A stretch of 56,557 bases of DNA from an uncultured archaeon (GCA_964473825.1 CAYYQL010000017.1:1-56557), one strand, 5' to 3'. Shown: positions 1-9,072, counted from the first letter of the stretch. Program-made: numbers and translations. Notes: generated from the letters alone by a model not told the origin.

Positions 1-320
1 CTGTCGATGGTCTGTCCCTTCATGGGTGTAAGGCCAGCACGCTCGTACTTGTCAGTCGCCCTTCCCGAGATGCTTCCACAGATGTCCACCGCCTCCACCT
101 GGTCTGCCCGGGGGATGTTTATTCCGAACTCCCCTCGTTCTGAAATCAACTCGAAGGTGAGCTGCTGCGGCATGACCCCCACCATGACACTCGGCGGCGT
201 GAATGAGTAGAAACTGAAGGCAGCTGCCGTCATGATGTTCCTGTCCACTGTGACCAGAACTACAGGGAAGCCCGGGATTGCCAGCATTCCGCGACTCGAT
301 TCCACTTCTCTCTTCATCAT
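1..320 (-). CDS. Flavin reductase family protein (partial, runs off window start)
   Basis: Hand-translated from ATG at 320 after a GGAGG SD: MMKREVESSRGMLAIPGFPVVLVTVDRNIMTAAAFSFYSFTPPSVMVGV...GEFGINIP...ICGSISGR..DKY; same family as the ORF at 16617. Not in the ORF track. Confidence 0.85.
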   Translation of the reverse strand, partial: MMKREVESSRGMLAIPGFPVVLVTVDRNIMTAAAFSFYSFTPPSVMVGVMPQQLTFELISERGEFGINIPRADQVEAVDICGSISGRATDKYERAGLTPMKGQTID

Positions 321-386
321 TGACCCTCCTGATGAATGAGGAGAGTAGGAACGGGAGATAATGAATACATCGAACAGATAGATTGT

Positions 387-578
387 CCATGGCATCAGGT
401 TGCAGCGGAGTAAGGCCACGTTCCGAGAGAGGAGCCATGCTCCAATGACGGCTGACAATGCTCGTGCCACTTACGTGCATGAAAATGTGCCTGGGGCCAG
501 TGATGACAGCCATGAGTTGGGCGGGACGCAGAAGTTGCAGGTTGATTGCGAGTTTCACTCTCTTGGGAGGAATCGCAT
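387..578 (+). mobile_element. Remnant of IS200/IS605 tnpB element right end / omegaRNA scaffold
   Basis: 25-mer CCATGGCATCAGGTTGCAGCGGAGT (387-411) and GACAATGCTCGTGC (454-467) are identical to the 3' region of the tnpB pseudogene (5922-5946 and 5884-5897, minus strand); ends in a hairpin terminating ATCGCAT. Confidence 0.7.
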
Positions 579-905
579 GAGATAGCACGGGTCAGGCACT
601 GCATACGCCAGGGGTAGTTCAGACTGCTCTTGGCGACCTTGCCCTAGGTCAAAGAATATATGCTCGTTCCGTATCCGACCCGTTGCTACAAGTGGTGAAT
701 TCCTAGATGCCTCCGAAGGATATGAACACCATCACCAGCCGAAAAGACATCTTTTTGTCGCAAGGCCGCTCTAATAGCATACCGTTGACGGTCAGGATCA
801 CCATATAGTTTCCTTGAAGGTTGACTGTCGATATGAGCGGAAACCAAGCTGTGCGTGAGGTGAATCTTGATTTCGCCAATTTGTCAACATACACAGCATT
901 CCCGT

Positions 906-1364
906 TCATGCACACTCTTCCGTGCGCTTGCCTGTCTTCAGGAATTCCTCAAAGTGAATTAGCCATCTGGGCTCTTTGGGAGCATCCTTGACCCACTCCG
1001 CAAATGTGGACAGGCACTTCATCGTTTCGGGATGTAAGTGATGCTCAATCTCACAAGCATCTGCGTCCGCAATCTCCTCCTCCACACCGATAAGCTCAAG
1101 GAACCACTTCAGTGTCTTGTGGGTTTTTTCCAGCTCTTGGGCGATCTTGGTACCTAGAGGAGTCAGTGCAGTGTTGCGATACTTGCGATAGGTGATCATG
1201 TTCATCTCATCAAGCTTCTTGAGCATGTATGTAACACTTGAAGCCTTCACTCCCCTCTTCTTCGCAATGTCTGTGACGCTCGCTGAACCCCACTCCTTCT
1301 CTAACTTATAGATGACCTCAATGTAGTGCTGCATAGATTCTGTTAGGCCTTCCACCTCTAACAC
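906..1364 (-). CDS. DtxR/MntR-family metal-dependent transcriptional repressor
   Basis: HYIEVIY..L, wHTH (DIAKKRGVKASSVTYMLKKL), LTPLG, ADACEIEHHL metal-binding motif. Confidence 0.93.
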   Translation of the reverse strand: MLEVEGLTESMQHYIEVIYKLEKEWGSASVTDIAKKRGVKASSVTYMLKKLDEMNMITYRKYRNTALTPLGTKIAQELEKTHKTLKWFLELIGVEEEIADADACEIEHHLHPETMKCLSTFAEWVKDAPKEPRWLIHFEEFLKTGKRTEECA

Positions 1365-1500
1365 CTAGCCTATCTACGTTGTCTAAGAATTTAAGCTTGG
1401 TCAAAAGACCGTTGACTAGAAATAGAAACGAGAAGAAGAGGGACGCCTATAGCGTCTAGATGAACACTATAGGCTAATTCTTCCTTCTACTCAAAGATGG

Positions 1501-1932
1501 TCACTCTGGCCACCTTGCGTATCTGATTGATGCAAACACACCTGGCAGAGTAGCTACGAACAGCCATAGTCCCGGTTGAAGTTGTTCAATGGGAGTCCAG
1601 TCAAGCCAGTCCTCAAATCCCAACGCCCAGCCCAAACCGTTCGAGATGAGCATGAAGAGGTAGAGGGCGAAAATAATTCCTGCCAGCAGTGTTCCGACTG
1701 AGAGATAAGCTCTCCAGTCCAGGCTTCCCCTGCGCCTTTCGTAGAACCCTCTTAGGAACACTGTGCCTACAATGGCTAGGACAGCACCCTGAAAGGGATC
1801 TGGCTGAATCACTAAGTCTTCAATGGCAATAAAGCCATTCAAAAACTGAACCAATCCAACGCTTAAGTAGAGGAGTCCTACAAGGAGTGTATGGACTCCA
1901 AACCATGAATCTGTTGATTTCGATATGCTCAT
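1501..1932 (-). CDS. Membrane protein (about 4 TM), last gene of the feo operon
   Basis: Four hydrophobic segments; starts 3 bp after the feoB membrane-domain stop. Confidence 0.75.
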   Translation of the reverse strand: MSISKSTDSWFGVHTLLVGLLYLSVGLVQFLNGFIAIEDLVIQPDPFQGAVLAIVGTVFLRGFYERRRGSLDWRAYLSVGTLLAGIIFALYLFMLISNGLGWALGFEDWLDWTPIEQLQPGLWLFVATLPGVFASIRYARWPE

Positions 1933-1935
1933 TTC

Positions 1936-3243
1936 TTAGACACCTCCAATTACTCCAAGACCTAGTGCCACCATCAATCCATATGCAATGAAAGCTACAA
2001 TGAATGCTATCACCAGTGAATACACGACTGAGAATAGCGTCCATTTCCAAGAGCTTGTTTCTGATTTGATGACGCCAATGGTGGCCAAACATGGAAGATA
2101 TAACAACACAAAAACCATGAAAGCAACTGCAGTTGCAGGGCTAATAATCCCAATCAAGGTCGCTTGAATCATTGCCTCGCTCTCGACTGCAAGTATTATT
2201 GCGAGAGCTTCTACTGCGATTTCCTTTGCCAGGAATGCAAAGATGAGTGACGCAGTCAATCGCCAATCAAATCCCAAAGGCGCGAAGATGGGCTGAAACG
2301 CATTTCCTAGGATGCCTGCGAAGGACAATGAAACATCAGGATCAGAACCCAAAAAACCGGATGGCCCAAAAGCCGACAGGAACCAAAGTGCAACTGCCCC
2401 GAGCAAAAGCCAAGTTCCGGCCCTTCTGAGGAAAACGACCCCACGCTCCCACATGTGGAGCAATGATTCACGGACAGTAGGCATTCTATAGATGGGCAGC
2501 TCCAAAATGAACGGTTCAGGTTTACCTTTGAACAGCGTCTTCCGAAGGAGCCAGGCGGTAGATATCGCTACTATGATTCCTAGAACATACATGCTGAAGA
2601 TTACCGATCCTTCTAAGCCCGCAAAGAAGGCCCCCGCAAACAATACATAGACTGGAAGCCTAGCACCGCACGACATGAATGGATTCGATAGAATCGAGAT
2701 CATTCTATCCTTCTCTCCTTCAATACTCCTGCATGCCATTATGGCCGGCACGTTGCAGCCAAAACCTAGCATCATGGGTATGAAGGTACGACCGTGGAGG
2801 CCCATCTTCCGAAGTAGTCTATCCATAACGAAGGCAGCCCTAGCGAAGTAGCCACTGTCTTCAAGCCATGCGATGCCAAGGAACATGAAGAAGATAGGGG
2901 CAAGGAACGGCAAGATGAAGGCGAAGCCGCCGAAGATTCCATCCTGCACGAGGGAATGCATAATCTCGTTTTCGACTAATACTCTACCTATGATTTCCCC
3001 TAGGTATAGTATCGTGTTTTCAATCATCACCATGAATACTACTGATGCCTCAATGGCGAACTGAAACAGTGTCCATACCAATATGAGGAATATTGGAATG
3101 CCTAGGTACTTGTCTAGAAGCACTGTATCCAGATGGTCGGAAAACATTGCCTTCTTCCGAGTCTTGGTTAGGCAATCATCAAGCATGCCCCCAATAATCT
3201 TGTATCTGCTTTCCGCAAGTTCTAGTTCGAAGTCTTTGCTCAT
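1936..3243 (-). CDS. feoB: Ferrous iron transporter FeoB, membrane domain (split gene)
   Basis: LEDSGYFARAAFVMD, GFGCNVPAIMA, PFMSCGARLPVY, PFILELP, LLYLPCLAT motifs; own SD (GGAGGT). Confidence 0.93.
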   Translation of the reverse strand: MSKDFELELAESRYKIIGGMLDDCLTKTRKKAMFSDHLDTVLLDKYLGIPIFLILVWTLFQFAIEASVVFMVMIENTILYLGEIIGRVLVENEIMHSLVQDGIFGGFAFILPFLAPIFFMFLGIAWLEDSGYFARAAFVMDRLLRKMGLHGRTFIPMMLGFGCNVPAIMACRSIEGEKDRMISILSNPFMSCGARLPVYVLFAGAFFAGLEGSVIFSMYVLGIIVAISTAWLLRKTLFKGKPEPFILELPIYRMPTVRESLLHMWERGVVFLRRAGTWLLLGAVALWFLSAFGPSGFLGSDPDVSLSFAGILGNAFQPIFAPLGFDWRLTASLIFAFLAKEIAVEALAIILAVESEAMIQATLIGIISPATAVAFMVFVLLYLPCLATIGVIKSETSSWKWTLFSVVYSLVIAFIVAFIAYGLMVALGLGVIGGV

Positions 3244-3938
3244 GCAAAAACCTCCTTCGTTTCTGCATATACTGGCCGACCCGCGACAATCTCAGTTACA
3301 TTCCTGTCGTTCTCAAGGATTTTGATAGCCAGCCAGCGCGGCGGATACTCCTTCACCAGCTCCGTATCAGTGCTTAGGGTGTCCACTAGCCTTGCAATAA
3401 TCTGTTCAACATCCGTAGAGTACTTGATGGAAGCCCTTCTAGGGGACTTCGCTGCCTTCTCGATAGCCTGCTTCAGTTCCTCCATTCCCTTTTTCCTTGT
3501 AGCAATGGTTTCAATTACAGGTATTCCTAGTTTGGATGCCAAAGTGTCGGAACATATATCATAGCCCTTTGAATGCGCTAGGTCCATCTGATTCAGAACC
3601 ACAATCAAATTCGTTTCAAGCTCCATCAGAAGCAGCGTTAGATACAGATTCCGTTCGATGTTCGAGGCATCGGTGATATTCACTACAACATCTGGTTTTT
3701 CTTCGAGGATGTAGGTGCGAGAAACCAACTCATCCATAGCCCGGCAGGTAAGGCTGTAGCAACCGGGAAGGTCGACGATTTCGTATTCCTCCCCATTGTA
3801 GTTGAACCTCCCTATCTTCCTTTCTACAGTCTTGCCTGGCCAGTTGCCAACGTGCTGACGCGCTCCGGGGACTAGGTTGTTAAATACGACGCTTTTCCCG
3901 ACGTTGGGATTGCCAATGAGAGCCACACGCACAGTCAT
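3240..3938 (-). CDS. feoB: FeoB N-terminal GTPase/GDI domain (split gene)
   Basis: G1 GNPNVGKS, G2 GNWPGKTVE, G3 DLPG, G4 NQMD, RWLAIKILE helical domain. Confidence 0.93.
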   Translation of the reverse strand: MTVRVALIGNPNVGKSVVFNNLVPGARQHVGNWPGKTVERKIGRFNYNGEEYEIVDLPGCYSLTCRAMDELVSRTYILEEKPDVVVNITDASNIERNLYLTLLLMELETNLIVVLNQMDLAHSKGYDICSDTLASKLGIPVIETIATRKKGMEELKQAIEKAAKSPRRASIKYSTDVEQIIARLVDTLSTDTELVKEYPPRWLAIKILENDRNVTEIVAGRPVYAETKEVFA

Positions 3939-4174
3939 ACACTTCCCTCCGTTGATACGATGACTGTATCTGCTTCGGACTTCCTGAGTGTCAACAAGTA
4001 GCCCCTCAGTTTGAACTCAACCGGATCTCCCAATGGAGCAGTGCGAATCACTTCAACTCGGACCCCGGTTGTTATACCCATGTCCAGTATTCGTTTCCTG
4101 ATTTGCCCAGTACTTTTCACTCTCGTGACGGTACCAGTCGCGCCAGGCTTCAAATTGCTCAGTTTTTGTTCCAA
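3935..4174 (-). CDS. feoA: Ferrous iron transport protein FeoA
   Basis: RKRILDMGITTG, APLGDP, LRKSEA; TTG start. Confidence 0.92.
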   Translation of the reverse strand: MEQKLSNLKPGATGTVTRVKSTGQIRKRILDMGITTGVRVEVIRTAPLGDPVEFKLRGYLLTLRKSEADTVIVSTEGSV

Positions 4175-4210
4175 TATGTTTCAACTCCAAAGTTATAGTC
4201 ATATAATAAA

Positions 4211-4331
4211 TTTAGTGCAATCTAACACCCTTATATTCTTTTCTGTTTACATATGGCTTCCTGATTGAAATTGACAAACAATTGGCATATTGGCATTTAG
4301 ATATGCTTAAATAATTAAGGTAAATCTAAAT
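4211..4331. promoter_or_regulatory. Three putative DtxR operator palindromes (TTAG-N6-CTAA) in the divergent feo promoter
   Basis: TTTAGTGCAATCTAAC (4211-4226), ATTTAGATATGCTTAAAT (4295-4312), ATTAAGGTAAATCTAAAT (4314-4331). Confidence 0.65.
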
Positions 4332-4367
4332 CACAACCCTGTTTAGCACTCGGAAAAAAAACCCGAT

Positions 4368-4766
4368 GTGAAGAGAATGGATCAAACTGTCATAGCAAAC
4401 AGAGGCAAAGTGGTAGCATCACCTGCTGCGAGTCAGGTGAATCTTTCCGAATTGAACATAGGTGACGAGTGCATTATCATCAGAATTGACGAATCCAATC
4501 CATGCGGACTTTTTCGCCATTGCTCTTCTAATCAGAAGACATTCTTTGTTCACCACTACAAGCCGCGACGAGGGTTTCATGGAAGTGCCGCACACCGTTT
4601 GATGGAAATGGGGCTTACTCCGGGTACACACGTTAAAGTTCTGAATCTAAAAGAACATGGACCCATCCTTCTCGGAGTGAGGGACTGCAAACTTGCTCTC
4701 GGAAGAGGGATGGCGAGCAAGGTAATTGTGAAACAACTACACTCCAACCAAGGGATTGATGTTTGA
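4368..4766 (+). CDS. feoA: FeoA-family protein with Cys/His-rich insertion
   Basis: LSELNIGD...HRLMEMGLTPGTHV...GPILL...LALGRGMASKVIV; start codon uncertain. Confidence 0.85.
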   Translation: MKRMDQTVIANRGKVVASPAASQVNLSELNIGDECIIIRIDESNPCGLFRHCSSNQKTFFVHHYKPRRGFHGSAAHRLMEMGLTPGTHVKVLNLKEHGPILLGVRDCKLALGRGMASKVIVKQLHSNQGIDV

Positions 4767-5031
4767 GAACATGATAAAAGAAATAATCTGCGCTATCCAG
4801 AAGAAAGGTTACCTGAGCATTGAGCGGATTGCTAAAGAACTCGACATTGATGGCAATTCAGTATCTGAAGTCATAAGTCTCCTAACGAGAAAGGGATACC
4901 TAACACAGGAGCCTCTCTCATCAGAGAGTTCTTCCTTGTGTGCGGGCTGTACAATGAAGTGCTCACGAAGGGGGCCTTCAAGACACGTCTATCGAATAAC
5001 CTCGAAGGGAAAAGAATATGCCGAATTGTAG
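4759..5031 (+). CDS. feoC: FeoC-like winged-helix protein with CxxCxxxC motif
   Basis: wHTH (IERIAKELDI...LLTRKGYL) plus CAGCTMKC; overlaps the feoA stop. Confidence 0.75.
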   Translation: MFENMIKEIICAIQKKGYLSIERIAKELDIDGNSVSEVISLLTRKGYLTQEPLSSESSSLCAGCTMKCSRRGPSRHVYRITSKGKEYAEL

Positions 5032-5171
5032 AACTGGATTTGTTGTTCATAGTAGTATTGGTACCGGATATGGTTATGAACGCCAGATGTACGCTTAAGG
5101 AAGATCTATGGTCTTCGTGGGATGAGGCTGTGTCTGTCTTCATATGCAGATAGGCCGGCATATGAAATTTT

Positions 5172-5211
5172 AGGTTGATTGTGAGTTTCGCTCTCTTGGG
5201 AGGAATCGCAT
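5172..5211 (+). repeat. Direct repeat of the tnpB-element terminal hairpin (copy of 539-578)
   Basis: 38/40 nt identical to 539-578. Confidence 0.85.
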
Positions 5212-5739
5212 CAAGAAGCTAGTGGATACTCGTGAGGAAGGGATATCACTCCCCCGATTCCATTAGATAGTAGGGTAGTGCAAAAGGTGTGCTATTCACA
5301 CTCATCCCATGCAATCGATAAGTCTTTTACCTGATTCTTCACGAGATAGATGGTGTGCTAGGGGTGCCACGTGGACGGAGAGGTAAGCAAATCATATTGA
5401 GCTTTGCGAAACAAGAAGTGGAGAATAGACAAGGAATTGACAAGGAAGAATGAATCTGCTTCGACTTGAATAGAATCATAGTTGATTACGATTCTCGATA
5501 TGAAAGCCTCCTCCAACTACTGTTTCAATGCGTCATTGCCACACAGTATCTAATAAAGAATCCTTGGGTTTACTGGAAGGAGGTGGTACGTTGTCTGGCT
5601 ACCACTCAAATGCAGCAATATAGGATTCGGAATTCTTGGGATTACTCTCTGCTTCTTGAAAAGACATCCTTGCCATGCAGATAGGAAGGTCTCGTTCTTT
5701 CTTCCTCGTTATGTGTCCTGATTGCCCTAGTTGCATGCT

Positions 5740-6520
5740 ATGCGATATCCTCGGCTGCATGCACCGACCTATTCTTAGTCGCCAGAATGTGAGTGAACCC
5801 TCTCGATGATCTTCAACTCCCGTGTTCCACCCCTCTCGTGACTGCCGTCACCGGCGAGGGCCGAAACCTCCCCCGACCCGTGTGCACGAGCATTGTCCAG
5901 CGCGTGACTGGAAGTGGTTTCACTCCGCTGCAACCTGATGCCATGGCTGTCAGCGGCCTTGCGGGCGTCCATGGCGGCAGTCGGCTGTTCCACGGTTCTT
6001 TCCACGGCGGGGTCGGAAACGTTCGCAAAGTCCACAAGGGAGCTCTGCTCATAGCACTCAGCCGCGGACGGTCCCGTCGGGCCTGACAGACCCTGAGACC
6101 GTTCGGACTTCACGTCAGAGGGGCGAGCCCTCCTTCGAGCCTTCAAGCCTGCCTGCTCCCGCTCGCGGGGGAACAACCAGCGCTCTAGTCCGTTCTCATC
6201 TCTCAATGAAGGGATAAGCCTGATCAATCGGCGCGCGATGTTGATGGCGCCTTTCTTGTCCGCATTGCATCGATAGCCACAGGTGTGACAGATGAACAGG
6301 GACTGCTTGGGCCTCACACCCTTGTGGCCGCATCGATGGCAGATGATGGAGGTCTAGGACTCCGGGACAGCAACGAGATGCAAGTCCCTCCCCGAGAGCC
6401 TCCAGCCGGCCTAGCCAGGGAGTGCCTCAGGGCAAGAGTCACACGTGAGAAGGACCAGCGGCATGCGACTGACTACCGCGAAAGGCCCCGGTCTTCGGGA
6501 TACCGTGTGCCTTCAACTGC
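5740..6520 (-). pseudogene. tnpB: Truncated, degraded TnpB (IS200/IS605) with right end
   Basis: RWSFSRVTLALRHSLA, frameshift, ..VPES*TSIICHRCGHKGVRPKQSLFICHTCGYRCNADKKGAINIARR: Zn ribbon plus RuvC-III; in-frame TAG at a position where Trp is expected; N-terminal half missing; left boundary approximate. Confidence 0.85.
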
Positions 6521-6534
6521 CACACGAACTGGAC

Positions 6535-6963
6535 ATGCATGTGAAGAACGAACTCAATCGTATCGTGGATCTCTACGCCGAGTGTGTTGCTGTTAGGTGT
6601 TCGCTTCGTCTGGAACCCGAATATCTCGTCGCATGCTTCCACGGGCTGTCGGCCGACGAAACTGCGACATTGGAAGAGATCAGGCTTGAGCAGACACAAG
6701 ATTTCATTGAGCTGTTGCAACGCCCCCTTGTACAGCGTGCCCCTATCGACTTTGGTTCTGCAGATGCCCCCGGCTACAGCTGGAACCCCTATACTGACAT
6801 CGACTATGGAGATTTGGGATTCCTGCGACCCTATGTGGAGCGGAGAAGACCCTTTGCCTCAGTTGCAGTCACACTGCCTGCCACTGCTGCAGAGATTCTG
6901 TCGAGCACCACTGACGAGATTCGTCTGGTGGTGAAACACGATAACGAGAGCTGCCCGATATGA
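6535..6963 (+). CDS. Hypothetical protein (possibly a degraded fragment)
   Basis: Protein-like composition, no recognisable motif. Confidence 0.35.
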   Translation: MHVKNELNRIVDLYAECVAVRCSLRLEPEYLVACFHGLSADETATLEEIRLEQTQDFIELLQRPLVQRAPIDFGSADAPGYSWNPYTDIDYGDLGFLRPYVERRRPFASVAVTLPATAAEILSSTTDEIRLVVKHDNESCPI

Positions 6964-7050
6964 CTGGGCATCGACAATCACCATGACCAGTGCTGGTGTC
7001 TTGACAGCCCTGACGCGGAGGAAGACAGCCGATACTCGCAGATTCTCCGA

Positions 7051-7514
7051 GTGCTCATGAGTAACTCTGAGATTCACATGATGATGATAGCTGAACAACT
7101 CCACCTTGATGGAGCGACCTACACCGTTCAGTTTGAGTTCGAACCGGATCCCACTTCTCTTGAAGGTACTGTGTTCCGCGAGAGCAGGCTATTCTCCCGG
7201 GTAATTGGCGGGTGCCTCCTAGTTCCTTTGTCCAGTTGGATGAAGAGCGACTAGTTTGGTCACTCGGACAAGATGGCAGTTGGGTGATCCTAATGCTCAA
7301 ATCGAACATAACAAGAGATGTCATTTACTCGGGTCCGTTGGTCAAGAGGGTGAAGGGCGTTGATGTAGAAGAGATGCTGGGGGCCGTAGAGGAGATCCTG
7401 CAAGATATTATTGACAGACGATATTCTCATGGGCGACTAGACGAGAGAATTGAGGACTTAGGTGCTCTGAATGATGGGCTGCTGAAGCAGATGGACCTGA
7501 GAAACACGAGATGA
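7051..7514 (+). pseudogene. Probable frameshifted hypothetical gene (ORFs 7051-7254 and 7212-7514)
   Basis: Two overlapping protein-like ORFs in different frames; no motif. Confidence 0.3.
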
Positions 7515-7568
7515 CCTACTGTAGACCAAAGAGGCCTGCAGCACATATCCCAGTATCTGAAAGATTAT

Positions 7569-8030
7569 ATGCCAGAACTGGAGGTGCATCGTTACCACCG
7601 TGAAGGATGCCTAGAAGGAATGCCTCCGAAGGATATGAACATCGTTATCATGGGCTGTATGCAGTGCTGTTATGCAGCAGCCGACCTCGCAGGGACGATG
7701 AAGCTCCAGTATGATGTGTCGAGCCGGCTTATACGGATGCCCTGTACGGCGAGGCTGGACATCAACTTCATCCTGAAGGCGCTGCAGGAGGGCGCGGACG
7801 GTGTGCTTGTCGTCGGGTGTCACCCAGGCGACTGCGCGTACAAGACCGGGAATTTGGGGGCTGAGCGGCGCGTACGATTTGCGAGGAAACTGGTTGGCCA
7901 GCTGGGCCTCAACAAGGACCGCGTGAAGATGGTGTTCGTCAGTGCTGCCGAGGGGGACAAGTATGCGGCAGAGATCAACAAGTTCGCTGAGGAGATCCGG
8001 AAGATCGGGCCGAACCCCATCAGATTGTAG
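7569..8030 (+). CDS. mvhD: Methyl-viologen-reducing hydrogenase delta subunit (MvhD/FlpD, 2Fe-2S)
   Basis: GCMQCCYAAADLAG, IRMPCTAR, GADGVLVVGCHPGDCAYKTGN, VSAAEG, IGPNP. Confidence 0.92.
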   Translation: MPELEVHRYHREGCLEGMPPKDMNIVIMGCMQCCYAAADLAGTMKLQYDVSSRLIRMPCTARLDINFILKALQEGADGVLVVGCHPGDCAYKTGNLGAERRVRFARKLVGQLGLNKDRVKMVFVSAAEGDKYAAEINKFAEEIRKIGPNPIRL

Positions 8031-8160
8031 TCAGGGCCTTCGTTTCTTCCACATGATGGTGAGGGCAATGGACAACAGAATTGCGGCCAAGACAGGGATC
8101 GGCAGGTCTGATAGTGCGTCTGGCTCGGCTCAGGAGAAAACGGGCTGAGGCCAGAAACCG

Positions 8161-9072
8161 CTACATTTCTAGATCCTCTGGGTCTTTCCAAACATCCTTG
8201 TCGAGATATCCCACAAAGAGTGGTTTAGCAAACTGGGGTCTCTTGATCCACATCAGGAACGGCCTATTGATCATATAGGGCTCTTTCCTCTTCGGGGGAG
8301 CGGAAAGTATTGCCCCCATGGCCACGGCGCTCTTGACATGGAATCCAATCTCATTCATCTTCAGTTTCGTCTGTTGTAGTGCTTGAACAATCTGATAGTA
8401 CGGAAGGGACTCACCCTGTACCTGAAGTCTTAGATGGAGAATCCAGTGAATTTCACCTCTCATATCGAGATCTACCTTTGGAAAGACCACACCACTGTAT
8501 TCTGATTCAACCGGTTTCATCTTGCTCTGGATGGTTTCCACTTGCTCGACAAGGTCAAGGTCTGTGAGTCCTGGCTCGGCCATCATGAGGTATACCCGGT
8601 CGCCGTTTCGTGTTTCGATTCCAATGATCATGTGCTTGGATTCCGGTACACGGTAGAATCCAAGACCGTAGTTGGTCATCTTCACTCCGGGAAAGTATTC
8701 TCCATCCTCGGTCTTCACTGAATACTTGGTTCCCTTCTTTGCCCAAACCCCACGAAGGCTTAGCATGCTCGCCACACCAAATCCATCGTTGTCGAAGGGG
8801 TCGAGCCTAATGCTGAATCCCCGCTGCTCAAGCCATTTGTTTATCTCATCACTCTTCGCGGAGGCAATGCTCTCAATCTCATCATGAGAGAACCGTAAGA
8901 GGTCGCTTCTACTCACCTGGTAGAACTCTTCCAAGAACCTCTCCTGCATCTCGTTGATGTGCGAGAATCCCTGAAACTTGGAGCCTAGGAACTCGTCAGC
9001 TTTCAGGAGCGCAGATACAATGGGGTATGTGACTGTGAGAGTTGTCTTTGATGTCATCGGATTCAACAACAT
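8161..9072 (-). CDS. Divergent, shortened serpin-fold protein
   Basis: Serpin landmarks in order: EINKW, LRGVW, VFPKVDL, QQTKLKMNEIG (hinge), RCL, INRPFLMWI, PLFVG. Confidence 0.75.
   Translation of the reverse strand: MLLNPMTSKTTLTVTYPIVSALLKADEFLGSKFQGFSHINEMQERFLEEFYQVSRSDLLRFSHDEIESIASAKSDEINKWLEQRGFSIRLDPFDNDGFGVASMLSLRGVWAKKGTKYSVKTEDGEYFPGVKMTNYGLGFYRVPESKHMIIGIETRNGDRVYLMMAEPGLTDLDLVEQVETIQSKMKPVESEYSGVVFPKVDLDMRGEIHWILHLRLQVQGESLPYYQIVQALQQTKLKMNEIGFHVKSAVAMGAILSAPPKRKEPYMINRPFLMWIKRPQFAKPLFVGYLDKDVWKDPEDLEM

Noticed and set aside
690-915. Possible MoaD/ThiS-like remnant (ILTVNG..., then AGDGVHIL in a shifted frame)
   Set aside because: Needs a frameshift, lacks a terminal GG, and the similarity is too weak.
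5215-5735. ORF 5466-5684 and the surrounding AT-rich tract
   Set aside because: No motif or SD; probably decayed sequence between element remnants.
7212-8030. Upstream ORF is in frame with mvhD across a single TGA (possible Sec readthrough)
   Set aside because: The TGA is not at a conserved Cys position, no SECIS was recognised, and the frame match has a one-in-three chance.
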